A DNA stretch of 64,000 bases from Eledone cirrhosa. Taxonomy: Eukaryota. Below the pieces are notes generated by a model. The model did no database searches, had not been told where the DNA came from, and saw only the letters and a program-made list of their open reading frames with translations. A program made the translations under genes and the position numbers. Where the stretch lies: positions 28,396,001 through 28,460,000 of the forward strand of contig OZ024754.1 in the NCBI GenBank assembly GCA_964016885.1, given 5' to 3'. Shown here one piece after another: positions 13,051-26,863 of the stretch (positions are counted from its first letter, which is position 1; each line of letters begins with the position of its first letter).

Positions 13051-13830
13051 CATGGTGTTGTGTGGTGTTGGTCTGGTGGTGTGTTGGTTGTATATTGGTT
13101 GGATTTGGATAGTGGTGGGTTGGTGACATGGTGTTGTGATGGTTGTGGTGTGGTGATGTGTTGGTGGTATATTGATGGTATGGTGTTGTGTTGGTTGTGG
13201 TGTGTTGGTGGTGTGGTGGTATGTTGGTGTGGTAGTGTTGGTGGTATGGTGGTGTGTTGGTGACAGTTTTGTGTTCCTTGTTGTATGGTGGTGCAGTGGT
13301 GTGTTGGTGGATGTATTGGTGGTTGTGTGTTGGTGGTGTGTTGATGGTATGCTGGTGAGTTGGTGTGTGTTGGTGGTATAGTAGTGCAGAAGTGTGGTGG
13401 TATGTTGGTGGTGTGTTGGCGGATGTATTGGTGTTGTGTTGGTGGATGTCTTGATGTTGGTGGTGTGTTCGTGGTGTGTTGGTGGGTGTATCAGTATTGT
13501 TGGTATGGTGGTGCGGTGTTGCTGGTGTGGTGGATGCATTGGTGTTGGTGGTATGGTTGTATAATGGATATGTTGGTGTTAATAATATAGCAACATTAAT
13601 TGTAAATTTTATTACAGTGGTATAGTAGTTGTTAGTGGTATAGGGGGTACATTCAATATATATTGGTGTTGGTGGTATAGGGGTGCAGTCAATATATATT
13701 GGTGTTGGTGGTATAGGGGTGCAGTCAATATATATTGGTGTTGGTGGTATAGTGGATATATGGGGGTTAGTAATATAGCAACATTATTTGTAAAATTTAC
13801 TACAGTGGTATAGTGGTATAGTGGTTCTGT
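13051..13830. repeat. Degenerate GT-rich flank of the 19-bp array, including ~36-bp repeats at 13655-13760
   Basis: TTGGTGGTAT motifs persist with lost periodicity. Confidence 0.75.
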
Positions 13831-13853
13831 GCTAATGGTAAGCAATCATTATA

Positions 13854-14168
13854 TCCCACCGAGGTTGACTTTGCCTTTCATCCTTACGGGGTCGATAAAA
13901 TAAAGTACCAGTAATGCACTGGGTAATTGCTGGCCTTGTGCCTAAAGTAGAAACAATTATTTGTACAATTTGGTAAGGGGTGGATTCGCAGTATCGGTAG
14001 AGGGTCGGACACCATGCTTTGATCCATAGAGTTACGGCCCTTGCCATTCTGAGTTCAAATATCGCTGAGGTTACCTTTGCCTTTCATCCTTACGGGGTTG
14101 ATAAAATAAAGTACCAGTAATGCACTGGGCAATTGCTGGCCTTGTGCCAAAAGTAGAAACAATTATTT
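13854..14168 (+). mobile_element. tRNA-derived SINE: partial copy followed by full copy
   Basis: A-box-like TCGCAGTATCGG, B-box GAGTTCAAAT, core GCCTTTCATCCTTACGGGGTCGATAAAATAAAGTACC (resembles Meta/MESC SINE core), tail AGAAACAATTATT. Confidence 0.85.
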
Positions 14169-14227
14169 GTGAAATTTAATACACTATAGTGATATTGTGA
14201 ATATATGAATGTTAGTGGTATTGTGAT

Positions 14228-15335
14228 TCCAATACTATACAACAGAAGTTAGTAATATAGGGTTTCCTATACAATAAATGTAAGTAGTATTTCCTATACT
14301 ATACAGCAGAAGTTAGTAATATAGGGTTTCCTATACTATACAGCAGAAGTTAGTAATATAGTGTTTCCTATACAATAAATGTAAGTAGTATTTCCTATAC
14401 TATACAGCAGAAGTTAGTAATATAGGGTTTCCTATACTATAAATGTAAGTAGTATTTCCAATACTATACAACAGAAGTTAGTAATATAGTGTTTCCTATA
14501 CTATACAACAGAAGTTAGTAATATAGGGTTTCCTATACTATAAATGTAAGTAGTATTTCCTATACTATACAGCAGAAGTTAGTAATATAGGGTTTCCTAT
14601 ACTATAAATGTAAGTAGTATTTCCTATACTATACAACAGAAGTTAGTAATATAGGGTTTCCTATACTATAAATGTAAGTAGTATTTCCTATACTATACAG
14701 CAGAAGTTAGTAATATAGTATTTCCTATACTATACAACAGAAGTTAGTAATACAGTGTTTCCTATACTATACAACAGAAGTTAGTAATATAGGGTTTCCT
14801 ATACAATAAATGTAAGTAGTATTTCCTATACTATACAACAGAAGTTAGTAATATAGGGTTTCCTATACAATAAATGTAAGTAGTATTTCCAATACTATAC
14901 AATAGATGTTAGTAATATAGGGTTTCCTATACAATAAATGTAAGTAGTATTTCCTATACTATACAGCAGAAGTTAGTAATATAGTGTTTCCTATACTATA
15001 CAACAGAAGTTAGTAATATAGTATTTCCTATACTATACAACAGAAGTTAGTAATATAGTGTTTCCTATACTATACAACAGAAGTTAGTAATATAGGGTTT
15101 CCTATACAATAAATGTAAGTAGTATTTCCTATACTATACAACAGAAGTTAGTAATATAGGGTTTCCTATACAATAAATGTAAGTAGTATTTCCTATACTA
15201 TACAATAGATGTTAGTAATATAGTATTTCCTATACTATACAATAGATGTTAGTAATATAGTATTTCCTATACTATACAACAGAAGTTAGTAATATAGTGT
15301 TTCCTATACTATACAATAGATGTTAGTATTTCCAA
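14228..15335. repeat. Composite minisatellite of interspersed 37-bp and 27-bp related units
   Basis: CCTATACTATACAGCAGAAGTTAGTAATATAGGGTTT and CCTATACAATAAATGTAAGTAGTATTT. Confidence 0.92.
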
Positions 15336-16193
15336 TTTTATACAACAAATGTTTTGAAAGTCAAACTCAGTAACATATGGTGATTTATTGAAACCAATGA
15401 CTGCCCCACATGCTGTTGGTTTAATACATGCGTGTGCCTCTATTAACTTTCATATAGATTGTCCTTATTATGGTCTGGACATTAATGACGGTGTCTTTCT
15501 TTTTCCTAGTACGTCAATTCAAAATTTATTCATATCAAGGAAACATTTCATTGTTGTACATTCTCTGATTTGTTTTGCTATTCATACTTGTTTGGTAGTC
15601 TTGTTTCATAGTCTTGCTGTTTTCTCACATATATTAATGTATTCTTCATTATTGTACCAATATTCCCTCTTCCATTTGCAGCCCTCCTTCTCAGTGTCTT
15701 CTTGTAGAATCTAATACTTGCTTGAATAAGAATGGAAGATAAGAGTTAGGTCTGAAGAGATAAGAAGAGAGAGAGACAACAATTAGAGATATACTGCAGC
15801 AAACACAATGGGGAAGTGGGTAGGATGACATTTAGCCAGAACATAGTACAGTAGATTCTCTTACTTTTTTTTTACTGGTTGCAGTCATTAGAAAGTGGCT
15901 ATGTTTAGTCAGCATTCTCATAAGGTTTTGTACTTATATTTTGTTTCTTTTTTATATATACTATTGTATTTTTGTAGTAAAGGCTTTATCTCTCATAATA
16001 TCTCTCATAATATTGAAGCTATGAGATTATGATAATTATTTATTTTGAGAACAATATTTTAACATAAGTATAAGCAGGCGGTTATGGCCAGTTTGAACAG
16101 AAAGAGATGAGAAAATTCTGGCCGGATATGGCCAGTTTAATGCTAAGGGGTTAAGTCTCTAATGCTTATTTTGATCCCTTTTTGTCAAGTTAC

Positions 16194-16275
16194 TGTGTAA
16201 GTATGTCTATATATTGACTGTTTATATCACATAACAATGTGATATAAACAGTCAATATATAGACATACTTACACA
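16194..16275. repeat. Perfect 39-bp-arm palindrome with 4-nt loop
   Basis: tgtgtaagtatgtctatatattgactgtttatatcacat-aaca-atgtgatataaacagtcaatatatagacatacttacaca. Confidence 0.95.
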
Positions 16276-16472
16276 TCCCTTTATGTTCTGAGTTCTAATC
16301 ATACCATAGTCAACTTTTTCTTGAAGTAAGCATAAAGTTTCAAATTGGGGACAATTGCTCTGAATGAAAACCTCTGGTCTAAAATTTCCTATCTACATTT
16401 TTTTGCCTGTCCTTGCTATGATTCCCACTATCTTCCTGTAGTTCAGTTCTATAAACTGCTAAAAAAAACAAG

Positions 16473-16731
16473 TTTAACCCTTTTGATACCAAACCACATG
16501 ACCCGTTTCTAGGTTCTATAATACAAAATTGTTTGTTTTAAAGTGTTTATATTTATCTTAAAAACTCTCATAATTTTATATAAGAACCTTTAAGTTATGT
16601 TCCCAATGCTAACTTAATAATGAGAAAGTTAGATATTTTGCTAAATCCTTTCAAATTCTTGATTATTTTCAAAATTATTTGAAAATTATAGGTAGTGTCT
16701 TTCATTAGAAATATGGTAACAAAAGGGTTAA
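16473..16731. mobile_element. TTAA-flanked MITE (piggyBac-like ends), family A
   Basis: TTAACCCTTTTGATACCA ... TGGTAACAAAAGGGTTAA; related copies near 30403-30645, 43150-43420 and 63540-63970. Confidence 0.75.
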
Positions 16732-17992
16732 AATTGAATCATGATGAAGAAATTTGTATGAATGATATTTTTTTTTTTAGATGTGTCCTACCAGCTTTCT
16801 TTGCTAACTATATAGCTGTGAATAGCCAAAAATAATGTTGGTGGTGGTGTTTCTCCTAGGTCAATTATGATTGACCTGGGGGTAAACAACAACAACAACA
16901 ACAGGTTTCACTAGAAATTTAATACTCTACAGGGAAGTATTTAAGATGAAGGACACTGTTGAAATTGTCGATATCCCCATTATGAACATCAGCATCAATT
17001 TCAGCATCACCAACATCATATACACACAACAGAGAAAGAAAACTGCCAAGTCAATTCTTATCACTATATATGTCATAGGTTATGTATTTAATTTTGTGTT
17101 TGTGTTCGGCATGGTTTTCCCAGCTGGATGCCCTTCCTAATGCCAACCCTTTCATAGCATGATGGACTGTATGCATTTTAGTGTGCCACTGGTTGCACTA
17201 GAGTGTTTGAACTGCCCAGGACCAAAGAGTCCTCTCTGCCATTTATTGTTTTTTTTTTTTTAGAGTTATGACACTTGTTGATGGGTTGCTAGCGCTGTGG
17301 CTTACAGGGACAATGGTTTCTCCTTCATTCTATTCCTTGTGTGTGTGTATGTATTATATATGTGTATATATACACACACAATCTCTCTCTTTCTTTGTTT
17401 CTCTCCTCTCTTTCTCTCTCTGAAATATCTCCCTCCTTTACAATGTTTGTGAATTTGTACCATAAGCAAAATGCAATGTAGAATTGATTTATCTGTTTAT
17501 TAAAGTTGTTGTGTAAGCTCAACAATGCCTTAATAATTCCCTTTTTACTGACAGACTGTATATAGCACTACATCATCTTGTTTGATTTAAAGATATTAGC
17601 TGCTATATCTAACAGATGGAGTCATGAAGTAGAACCTACTGAATATCTCTGTAACTGTAGTATAAAATTTGGGGCTTTAGTTGTGTGTAGGACATACAAC
17701 TTCCATTGTGCTAGTGCCATGATAAAATATACCTTGTACACTCTGTAGAGTGGATGGTGGTAGCAAGGGCATCCATCTTTAGAAACTGGGACACACACAT
17801 GCACATGTATTTGTTCAGCAAGGATCTTGAGATTTGAAATTGTGTGTTGAAACTGATATTGTTATATTTGGGGATGGTCATATTGCCAAGTGAACACACG
17901 CACACACCATATAAATCTCAGTTTATCTTTAAGAATAAAGATTAAGTGAAAAGTTATATGGTGCATGTGTTCAATATATATATATGTATATA

Positions 17993-18210
17993 TCATCATC
18001 ATCATCATTTAACGTTCGCTTTTCCCTGCTTGCAAGGGTGGGATGGGAACTGATTCTGGCTTGATTTCTACAGTTGGATGCCCTTCCTAACACCAACCTC
18101 ATTTACAGTGAGTGCTGGGTGCTTTTTTTCCATGGCGCCTACACGTCTACTTTACAATGTGGGCTGGGTGCCTTTTTGCCGTGGCACCTACACGTCCACT
18201 TTGCAGTGGA
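17993..18210 (-). mobile_element. RTE-tail SINE/LINE 3' fragment with 2-3 copies of the 48-bp VNTR unit
   Basis: (CAT)n-TTAACGTT, GGATGCCCTTCCTAACACCAACC and units matching CTGTAAAGTGG..GTGTAG..AAAAAGCACCCAGCCCACA on the minus strand. Confidence 0.75.
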
Positions 18211-19278
18211 ATGATAGGGACTCCAGTCCCTATCAACTCATTTCTACAGCTGAGTAAACTGGAGCAGTGTGAAATAAAGTGTCTTGCTCAAGGAAACAAC
18301 ACATCATCCGGTCTGAGAATTGAACTCACAACTCTAACCACTAAGCCATGTGTCTCCATATATATATATTGTTATATCATATGATCAGTCTCTTTAAGGT
18401 AATATCACTAAGTAATCTGAAACATGACATATATGTTCTAATCATGTTTAACCACAAACGCATACAACATCTGTAGCAGATAAAAACTTATTGACCTACA
18501 TTATCTACCTGGTCATTTGATCTACAGATAACATACAGACCTGTGTATATGTGCATATTTATGACATCATCATCATCATTTCTCATCCTGTTTCCATCGT
18601 TGCATGGGTTGGATGTGTGTATACAGGCAGTTGAGGGGTTTGGATCATAATAAATAGTACTGTGTATATATAGAGTGGTTCTTTTTGTTGTTGTTGTTGT
18701 TGACACTCTTACTATACACTGGTAATATACACAAATTGATAATAATTGATTAATAGCCAGGTAGATAGATAGATAATGAGATATGTAAATATCATGGAGA
18801 AGTAGTAGATAGATAGATATAGATTGTGAGATATGTAGATAGATAAATAGAAAAGTAGTAGATAGATATATAGATAGATATGTAGATAGATACATAGAGT
18901 AGTAGTAGTAGATGGATAGATAGATAGTGAGATATGTAGATAGATACACAGAGAAGAGAAGTAGTAGATAGATAGGTAGACATTTATGTAGATAGATATA
19001 CAAATGTTATATATATGCAGATAGCTAGGCAAACACAGAGAGATGGGTGGATAGATAGACAGTTAGGTAAACAGATAGATATATAGATATGTAGATGTTA
19101 TGTATTAATCTCAATACATAGGTAGATAGCAAAAGATAGCTGCCGTATGGCCACTGATCATGTTACTGTGTGTGTGAGGAGAGAGTGGTAGCGAGGAAGA
19201 CATTAAGTTTCTAGTTCACAAACAAATCTAGCAGAAAGTGGTTACCTCTTTGACAATTGTGTTTTATTATAAAATGTA

Positions 19279-19319
<41 letters not shown>

Positions 19320-20112
19320 ACATATATATGTATGTGCATGTATTTATGGAATATATATTTATAGATATGTGTAAACACATGCATATATTCATATATAACA
19401 TAAGTTAGCTATGTTTAATATGCTTCATCTGAGTGATTGCTGATCTATCTATGATCTCTTGAGTTTTTTTCCTCAATCAAATATATAAAAGAAACTAGAT
19501 TTGAGTTGATTAAGTATTGAACAGTGAGGTATGATATTCCACATCAAATTGAATTATTGAGATCAAATGCATCACTTTGATAAACGTAAATACATTTGAC
19601 AGCTAAACAGAGAATGGATGTGTTGAGGTCTTACACAATGCTTGAACAGTTCAAATAAGAAATCTTTAAAGCAAATTCATGGCTGAAATTTCAAATAATG
19701 GACATATCAAATCACTTGTGACTTCTGAATGGAATCAAGAAGTCTGCTATATTAGATATTGAATACCTTTTGTTTGGGTTAACTATTCCTAGCATATTGT
19801 GTGTTCCAGAATTTGTAGAGGAACTCTGATTAAAGGATTTATTCAATAACTTATTTCTAAATCCGCTGGAATAGTTGATGACCAGTAAAATTCCTTTTCA
19901 GACTAGTGCCATTTATCAATCATTTTTTCCCCGTCAAATTCCTGTAAATCCTGATTGAGAATAAAAAAAAAAAGAAATAGCTAACAACAAAAACAAACAA
20001 AACAAAGAAACTATAATTTATTGAAAACACTCTCGGGTGTGAATCCAGCAAAATTTCACTGTTGTGGAAAACAACATGGCTGGCTCTCAGGTGTAGTGTT
20101 TTGGAAATTAGT

Positions 20113-20298
20113 TGTTTCTACTTTAGGCACAAGGCCAGCAATTACCCAGTGCATTACTGGTACTTTATTTTATCGACCCCGTAAGGATGAAAGGCAAAGT
20201 CAACCTCGGCGGGATTTGAACTCAGATCGTAAAGGGACGTAACTATGCTGGAAAGCATGGCGTCCGACCCTCTACCGATACTGTCAATCCACCACCCT
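20113..20298 (-). mobile_element. Full tRNA-derived SINE with 19-bp target-site duplication
   Basis: Same head and core as 13975-14168; TAGTGTTTTGGAAATTAGT at 20094-20112 and 20299-20317. Confidence 0.9.
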
Positions 20299-20529
20299 TA
20301 GTGTTTTGGAAATTAGTGATTGCTTGTGTACTGAAGCATGGAACTGAAATCACATTTATTTCAAAATTGGATTTTGTGTAGAGAAATATTAATCAGGATT
20401 ATGCATAAGCTCAAGTACGTGGATGGAACCAGTTAAAGATTAGATAATGTATAAAGTTTGTATATACTCTCATCCTCTTTCCGACTCCCATCATTGATTC
20501 TTTATGCTCTGTTGAGAACACAGCAATTG

Positions 20530-20780
20530 CCCTAGTATTGGCACCATGATAATATACACCTATCCACTTGGTAAAGTGGTAGTATCAGTGCCATGATAAC
20601 ATGCTCTCACTACACACTGTAAAGTGGTTGGTATTTGGAAGAGCATCCAACCATAAAAACCATGCCAAAATTATAGTTTGAGCAAGATGTGGTCATCTGA
20701 TATGTCTAATTTCAGAATCTGACAAGCTCTGCAACTGAAGTCAGCATAGGAAATGGATGTAAAATGAGGACAATGATTAA
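20530..20780 (+). mobile_element. Old RTE-tail element with two VNTR units
   Basis: GTAAAGTGGTAGTATCAGTGCCATGATAA..CACACTGTAAAGTGGTTGGTATTTGGAAGAGCATCC. Confidence 0.6.
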
Positions 20781-21109
20781 GCCATAATGTGTTGAATTCA
20801 TAAACATTAGAGTTACCCATTTGAATTAAGATGATATGCATATATTATTTCTGCATTTTGGATGGTGGTCCCAATACATTTCCTGGTTTAACTCCTTCAT
20901 TACCATATTTATAATGAAAGACATTGCCCTTGATTTTCAAATAATTTTGAAAATAAGCAAGAACTTCATTAAAATGACAGTGCTGCTGCACACAGTACTC
21001 TCTGTAAAGTGGTAGCAATTACCTGCCATGCAGTGGGATCAAACCCCGGACTTTGATTGCAGAGTGAAATTATTAACCATTCAGCCATGCTACATCTACA
21101 CTCAATACT

Positions 21110-21475
21110 TTATATATCTTATGACATACCTAGAAGACAGTACCTTATACATCTTATGACATACCTAGAAGACAGTACCTTATATAGCTTATGACATACC
21201 TAGAAGACAGTACCTTATATATCTTATGACATACCTAGAAGACAGTACCCAATATATATCTTATGACATACCTAGAAGACAGTACCTTATATCTTATGAC
21301 GTACCTAGAAGACAGTACCCAATATATATCTTATGACACACCTAGAAGACAGTACCTTATATATCTTATGACATACCTAGAAGACAGTACCTTATATATC
21401 TTATGACATACCTAGAAGACAGTACCTTATATATCTATGACAGTACCTTATATAGCTTATGACATTGCCTAGAAG
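21110..21475. repeat. ~35-bp minisatellite, about 10 copies
   Basis: ATCTTATGACATACCTAGAAGACAGTACCTTATAT units. Confidence 0.92.
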
Positions 21476-21558
21476 AATGGATCACATATCTTTCTGTATG
21501 TAAGAGGCACTATTATTTTGAAAGGTAAAGGTTTGGAAAAAATAGTTATTATTCAGAT

Positions 21559-21787
21559 AAGGCGGTGGATTGGCAGTGTCGGTAGAGCATTAGACAACAT
21601 GCTTTTAGGCATACAGTTACGTCCCTTTACATTGTGAGTTCAAATCCTGCCAAAGTTAGCTTTGCCTTGCATCCTTACGAGGGTCGATAAAATAAAGTAC
21701 CAGTAATGCACTAGAGTCAATTTAATTGACTTTTGCATTCCCTTCAAATTGCTGGCCTTGTGCCTAATAAATTAGAAACAATTATTA
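21559..21787 (+). mobile_element. tRNA-derived SINE
   Basis: GGCGGTGGATTGGCAGTGTCGGTAG, GAGTTCAAATCC, shared core and tail. Confidence 0.85.
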
Positions 21788-22344
21788 TATTCATACTTTT
21801 GGTGTATAGTATGCAAACAGTTTGACACCAAATCTTTAGGGAAAAATGTGTCTCTTATACACTGGGGAATAATGCTCTATGACCAATAATAACCACAGAG
21901 AATGTTCCGTAGACTAACAAACCCTCCAAAGTGTACAAAGAAAGACTTCATTGGTCACTTGAGATTTTCTAATTATCTCTTGTGAAACTGAAGCAGCAAC
22001 ACAAATCAATGCTATAGAATATATTTATTGTTTTCACACAAAGTCCACAGTTTTCCCTTGATATCTGAAACTGAATTATATAATCAGTAGAAATGTTTAA
22101 ATTGCGTTATAATCAATACAAATAATTAATTTGGTTTGTAAATCAATAGAAATATATGATTGAGTTGATGATGATTTTACTCTATTAATGTCAGGTTTAG
22201 AGTTAATATTTACATGAAATTGGTAGCTTAGTGGATAATGTTGTTGGTAGTTTTTTACATGAGATTGGTAGCTTAATGAATAAAAATGTTGGTAGCTTAG
22301 TGGATAAAGATGTTGGTTGTTGTTCTTTTACATGAGATTGGTAG

Positions 22345-22590
22345 CTTTTCCACGCGCTTGCATGGGTTGGACGGGTCCTTCTCAGCACAGCATCTTTCCA
22401 CATATCGCGATCCTTTGTCATCACCTCTGTGAGTCTCAATGATTTGAGATCATCTCTCAGAACCTCTGTCCTGGTCTTTCTTGGTCTACCTCTACTGGTA
22501 CTTCTTCACCCAACGATTATTGTCCATGTGCATCACATGTCCAAACCAATGCAGTCTTCTCTTTTGCACATTACCTATATGTAAGTAGTG
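22345..22590 (-). mobile_element. RTE LINE 3' relic
   Basis: RRLHWFGHVMHM, GRPRKT, KDRDMWKDAVLRRTRPT fragments. Confidence 0.8.
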
Positions 22591-25500
22591 CAGAAGCTCA
22601 CTGTAAAGATGAGAATATGGTCTGTATGAGCAAGGAATGGTATCTGCTTCTTGTTGTCTTCGTCCGTAATAACATGTCCAACTCATAGCAGCAGGGAACA
22701 CAGACATAAAAAGACGAGGATGTTCATTGTACTTTCCATGTTGCTATAGGTTTGATGGGTGATCACAGTTTGAGACATCACATGCTCAAATAATTACATT
22801 TGATTCATGTTACATATTTTGTCATCATTTCTATAGCTGGATGCTCTTCCTAGCACCAACTATTTTCCAGAATGTGCTGAGTGCATTTTTCATGGCAGCA
22901 GTACTGCGTAGAAACCAAGCCAAAATCAGTTCTGTGTGAGCGAATCACAGTCCCCTGATCTGATCCCTCACAAAAGGACAGTCTGTCCTACCCATGCTAG
23001 CGTGGAAGATGGACATTAAATGATGATGAGTACTACCCCTTTACAGAGAGTACTGGGTGCATTATTTTGTGGCACAAGCACATTGAACCTGACATGTCTA
23101 TGACTGAGTCAAAGGGAACTTTGTGCATTATAAGTTTTTCTTAAACTTATTACAAAGTAGAATAATATTAAATTTGCATTATGAGCTGTTTTTGTAAACT
23201 TCCTGTGAAGTAAAATAATCTATAAATGGAATTAGATTACTCAAGAAATAGATTCTCTTTGACTTTCCTTTACTTCAAAACATCTATGTGTTTTAAAACT
23301 GTTTTCAAAATATTTGCTGCTTACTTTCTGTGGAATAATTGGAATTTTAAGTAAGTAAATAGTTTTGAAGATTGATTAAGAAACAAAAAAAATTAAGGAA
23401 AAAAATGTTTTTTTTTTTTCAAGTTCATAACAAATTTGGTTTTGAAGAAAGAAATCTTTGATGTATTTAATATATATATGTGAAATTTGATTGATAAGAG
23501 TAATATATAACATATATATATATAAACCTCACAACAGAAATTACTAAAGACCACGAGGGCTGGTACTATGCAGTACTGAAGAAGATCAAACCTGCAACAT
23601 ACAATGTGGCTTGACTCTGCCCCAGTTGTGTCAATGACATGACAGCCTCTTTAGTGATGGTAATCTACATGATAAATGCACCTAGTACACACTGTAAAGT
23701 GCTTGGTAATAGGAAGGACATCCAGCTATAGAAAGCTGGTGAAACAAAAGGTTGGGAGGTGCCCTCAGTCATGTCAAGGACAAGACAGCCTCCCTTGATA
23801 AATGCACCTAGTACATGCTATAAAGTGCTTGGTGATAGGAAAGGCATCCTGCCCTAGAAAACTTGCCAAAGTGTTGGGAGGTCCCTTCAGTTGTGCCAAA
23901 GACATGACAACTTTTCCTGTGCACTGGTAGAACATGAGACTGTACATATATATCATCATCATCATTATCACTGTTTAATATCCATTTGTCCACACTAGCG
24001 CGTTAAGTTGATGCAAGATAAAAACTTTTGACTAATCAACTATTTTTAACTAAAATTTTTAAATTTCCGTTTTGTCATTTCATTAAAAAATCTTAAATTC
24101 ATTTCTTTAGCATTTCAGTAGTTTATAGTTAAAGGTAGATATTTGGAATTAAATTTGTTTATCAGTGATAGAAATCTATGGTTACTTTTTTTAATTAATT
24201 TATTGAACTAATTAACTTGCTTATTTGATGTAAATGAGAATATTTACAAAAATGTTACTCAAATATCTAGAAGGTAAAATGATGTTTTTGTGGCATTTTT
24301 TATTTTTATTTATTAGTATTTTGGGTGGGATATGGGATATATATTTCTTTTTATTTTTAGTGCATTGGTTATATTATCATAACCACCATCACTACCATGA
24401 TTATCACCTACACCACCACCACCACCATCATCATAGTGTCTAATTTTATACCATGTAATTAGAATGTTTTATTTTAACCTTCAAGGAATAATCATTTTAA
24501 TTTCATTCAGCACTAACATAAAGTAACACACACACAGTTTTACATTCACACACTCAGTTTTAAAGTTAGTGTAGAACATAATCATTTAAATGAACACGCA
24601 TGCACACACACACTATCATCACATCTCACACATTATACAACATACATGCACACACATGACACCTACCCACACACACACACATGACACCTACCCACACACA
24701 CAAACAACCTGCTCCTCTTTACATTCCTCCACATCCCCCATACATCTGTGTCATCTACATACATAGATAGATGGATGGATATCGACTAAAAGTATCAGTG
24801 ATTTGCCTTCTAGAATATTTCCCTGATATATTGTTAAATCAACTTCCAATTTGTTACTATAGTTATTTTTATGAAGAAACTGGAAAATAATGTCTCTCTT
24901 TTTTTGTTTAAATTTATTAGCAAGTATAAAATGAGGCAAAACTTTCATTAATGATAGCTTTTCATGTTGGTTTGGAGCTATATGTTTTGTATCTGATTAC
25001 TTCTAAAATGTAAAAGGAAGCAAAAACAAACACTGAATTATAAAGTTTAAATCTGTAAACATGTTCGAGCAAGGAGGTTTGGGTTGTGTGTTTTTTTTTT
25101 AAAGTAATTGATGTACATATAAAGTATAAAGTATCTTTTCATTTCAATATGGTCCTTTATCTCATCATGAAAGTTGTGAAAAGAAATGGAATAAGATGGC
25201 TGGGTCATCTGTGAACAAAAGGATGGGGATTGAATCAGTGATAAATGTTGGGAATAGAAATGGAGTGAGATGATTGGGTCATGTGTTGTGGAAGGATGAA
25301 AATTTCTAGCTGAAAGGAGTAATGAAAATGAATGTGAAAGGAATTACAGGAAGGGAAAAAAAGCTAGGAAGATATCACAAAATATGAAAGAAATAAAAGC
25401 AAGAGGTTAGTGAGATGACGATAATATCAAATTGAAGTAGGTTTTCATGTTTTCTGCAATGCTAACCCTAGCTTTAGCAGAGAAAATGGCCTTGAAATGC

Positions 25501-26170
25501 TTCTTGTTATAGTTTTTCACTTCTGCTATTTTATCATTAATATTTGGTTTTTGTTTTCCTTGTATAACAATCTGCATTTAAAATTCCCTGCAAAATTCTC
25601 CAACACATAAATATATATATCTAATATGCCAATCATTCTGTTACTCCCATCATATTCTCATCTTTCACCCTTTTGCCCTGGTTTCTCTTCTACTCACTCT
25701 CTTAGCCATGCTACCTTGAATTAATGGAACCAAGGAGTCTTTAGCCTTAGAGAATACAAGACAACCTTTCTAGTGCTGGTATGACAGCAATATGTACCTC
25801 ATACACTCTATGAAGTGGTTGGAGTTACGAAGGGTATCCTACCATAGAAACGATGCCACATATGAAATCTGTCGTCTTATTAGTCATTTAACGTAACATC
25901 TTATCCATATATGTATTAAAAATACTTCCCTCTGGACAGTTTTCTGCTAATGTAAGTATATGTGTGTACATGTGTTTTGTAATGCATCTATCAATGTATA
26001 CCATTGTATGTAAAAGAAAAATTTAATTTTTGTCCTGCAAATGACACAAACTCACATTGACATATTTTGTCTTGTTGTTTGTTTAATTTAATATGACATA
26101 TATTCTCTACAAAATGGTCATCATCTCCACCAACTTAATTAAGCTAAGATGGAATATAAACCAGTAATAA

Positions 26171-26351
26171 GCAGAGTGGATTGGTAGTATCAGTAGAGCA
26201 TTGGACAACATGCTTTGCAGCATAGTTACAGCCCTTTACGTTCTGAGTTCAAATCCTGCCGAGGTTAGCTTTGCCTTTCACACTTACGGGGTTGATAAAT
26301 AACACACTGGGGTCGATTTACTCGACTTTCCCCTTCCCGCTTCAAATTGCT
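26171..26351 (+). mobile_element. tRNA-derived SINE, followed by short RTE relic to ~26460
   Basis: Head and B-box GAGTTCAAATCC, core with internal deletion. Confidence 0.8.
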
Positions 26352-26863
26352 GACAGTGAAGGGGAGCTGCAGTAGAGGTAGACCTAAATAGATCTGGGCA
26401 GAGGTAGTAAGAACTGATCTCAAATCACTGAGACTCTCAGAGGAGATGATGAAAGAACACTTTGTTGATAAATCCTACTTTTTCACAATTTGTCAATAGG
26501 ATAAAGATTGTTAGTAAATAACCCATCAGCTTGAAACTAAAATCAAACTTAAAATGGTTTTTGACAGAAATATTTATCAAGGTGTCTTTTGTAATGTATG
26601 GATTAAAAAAAATGAATTATATTTCAAGAACGTATGACATTTTTATCTTAAAATTAGAATTTCAGAACAAGAATTAATCTTGTGTGATGCCTTCAACAAG
26701 TTTATAAATCTATTAATTTCATGTATTTTGAGAATAATTTAACCCTTTAAACATCATCCATCATCCTGCCTGAAACTACCCATATTGAAGTGTTCAGTTG
26801 AAATACTACAGATATTAGGTTTCAGTAATTAAATATTTGTCTTGCAATATTAAGTTGAAAGTT

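Noticed and set aside
11815-13539. 574-aa Thr/His/Pro mucin-like ORF
   Set aside because: Product of the C/A-rich strand of a 19-bp repeat; period not a multiple of 3, no splice or signal-peptide support
13801-13843. Possible upstream MON2 exon ending GSVLM|gtaagc
   Set aside because: In-frame TAG eight codons upstream, lies in satellite-derived sequence, no QVVAVG-like motif
13975-14070. tRNA genes at SINE heads
   Set aside because: A/B boxes present but no cloverleaf; always fused to SINE core and tail
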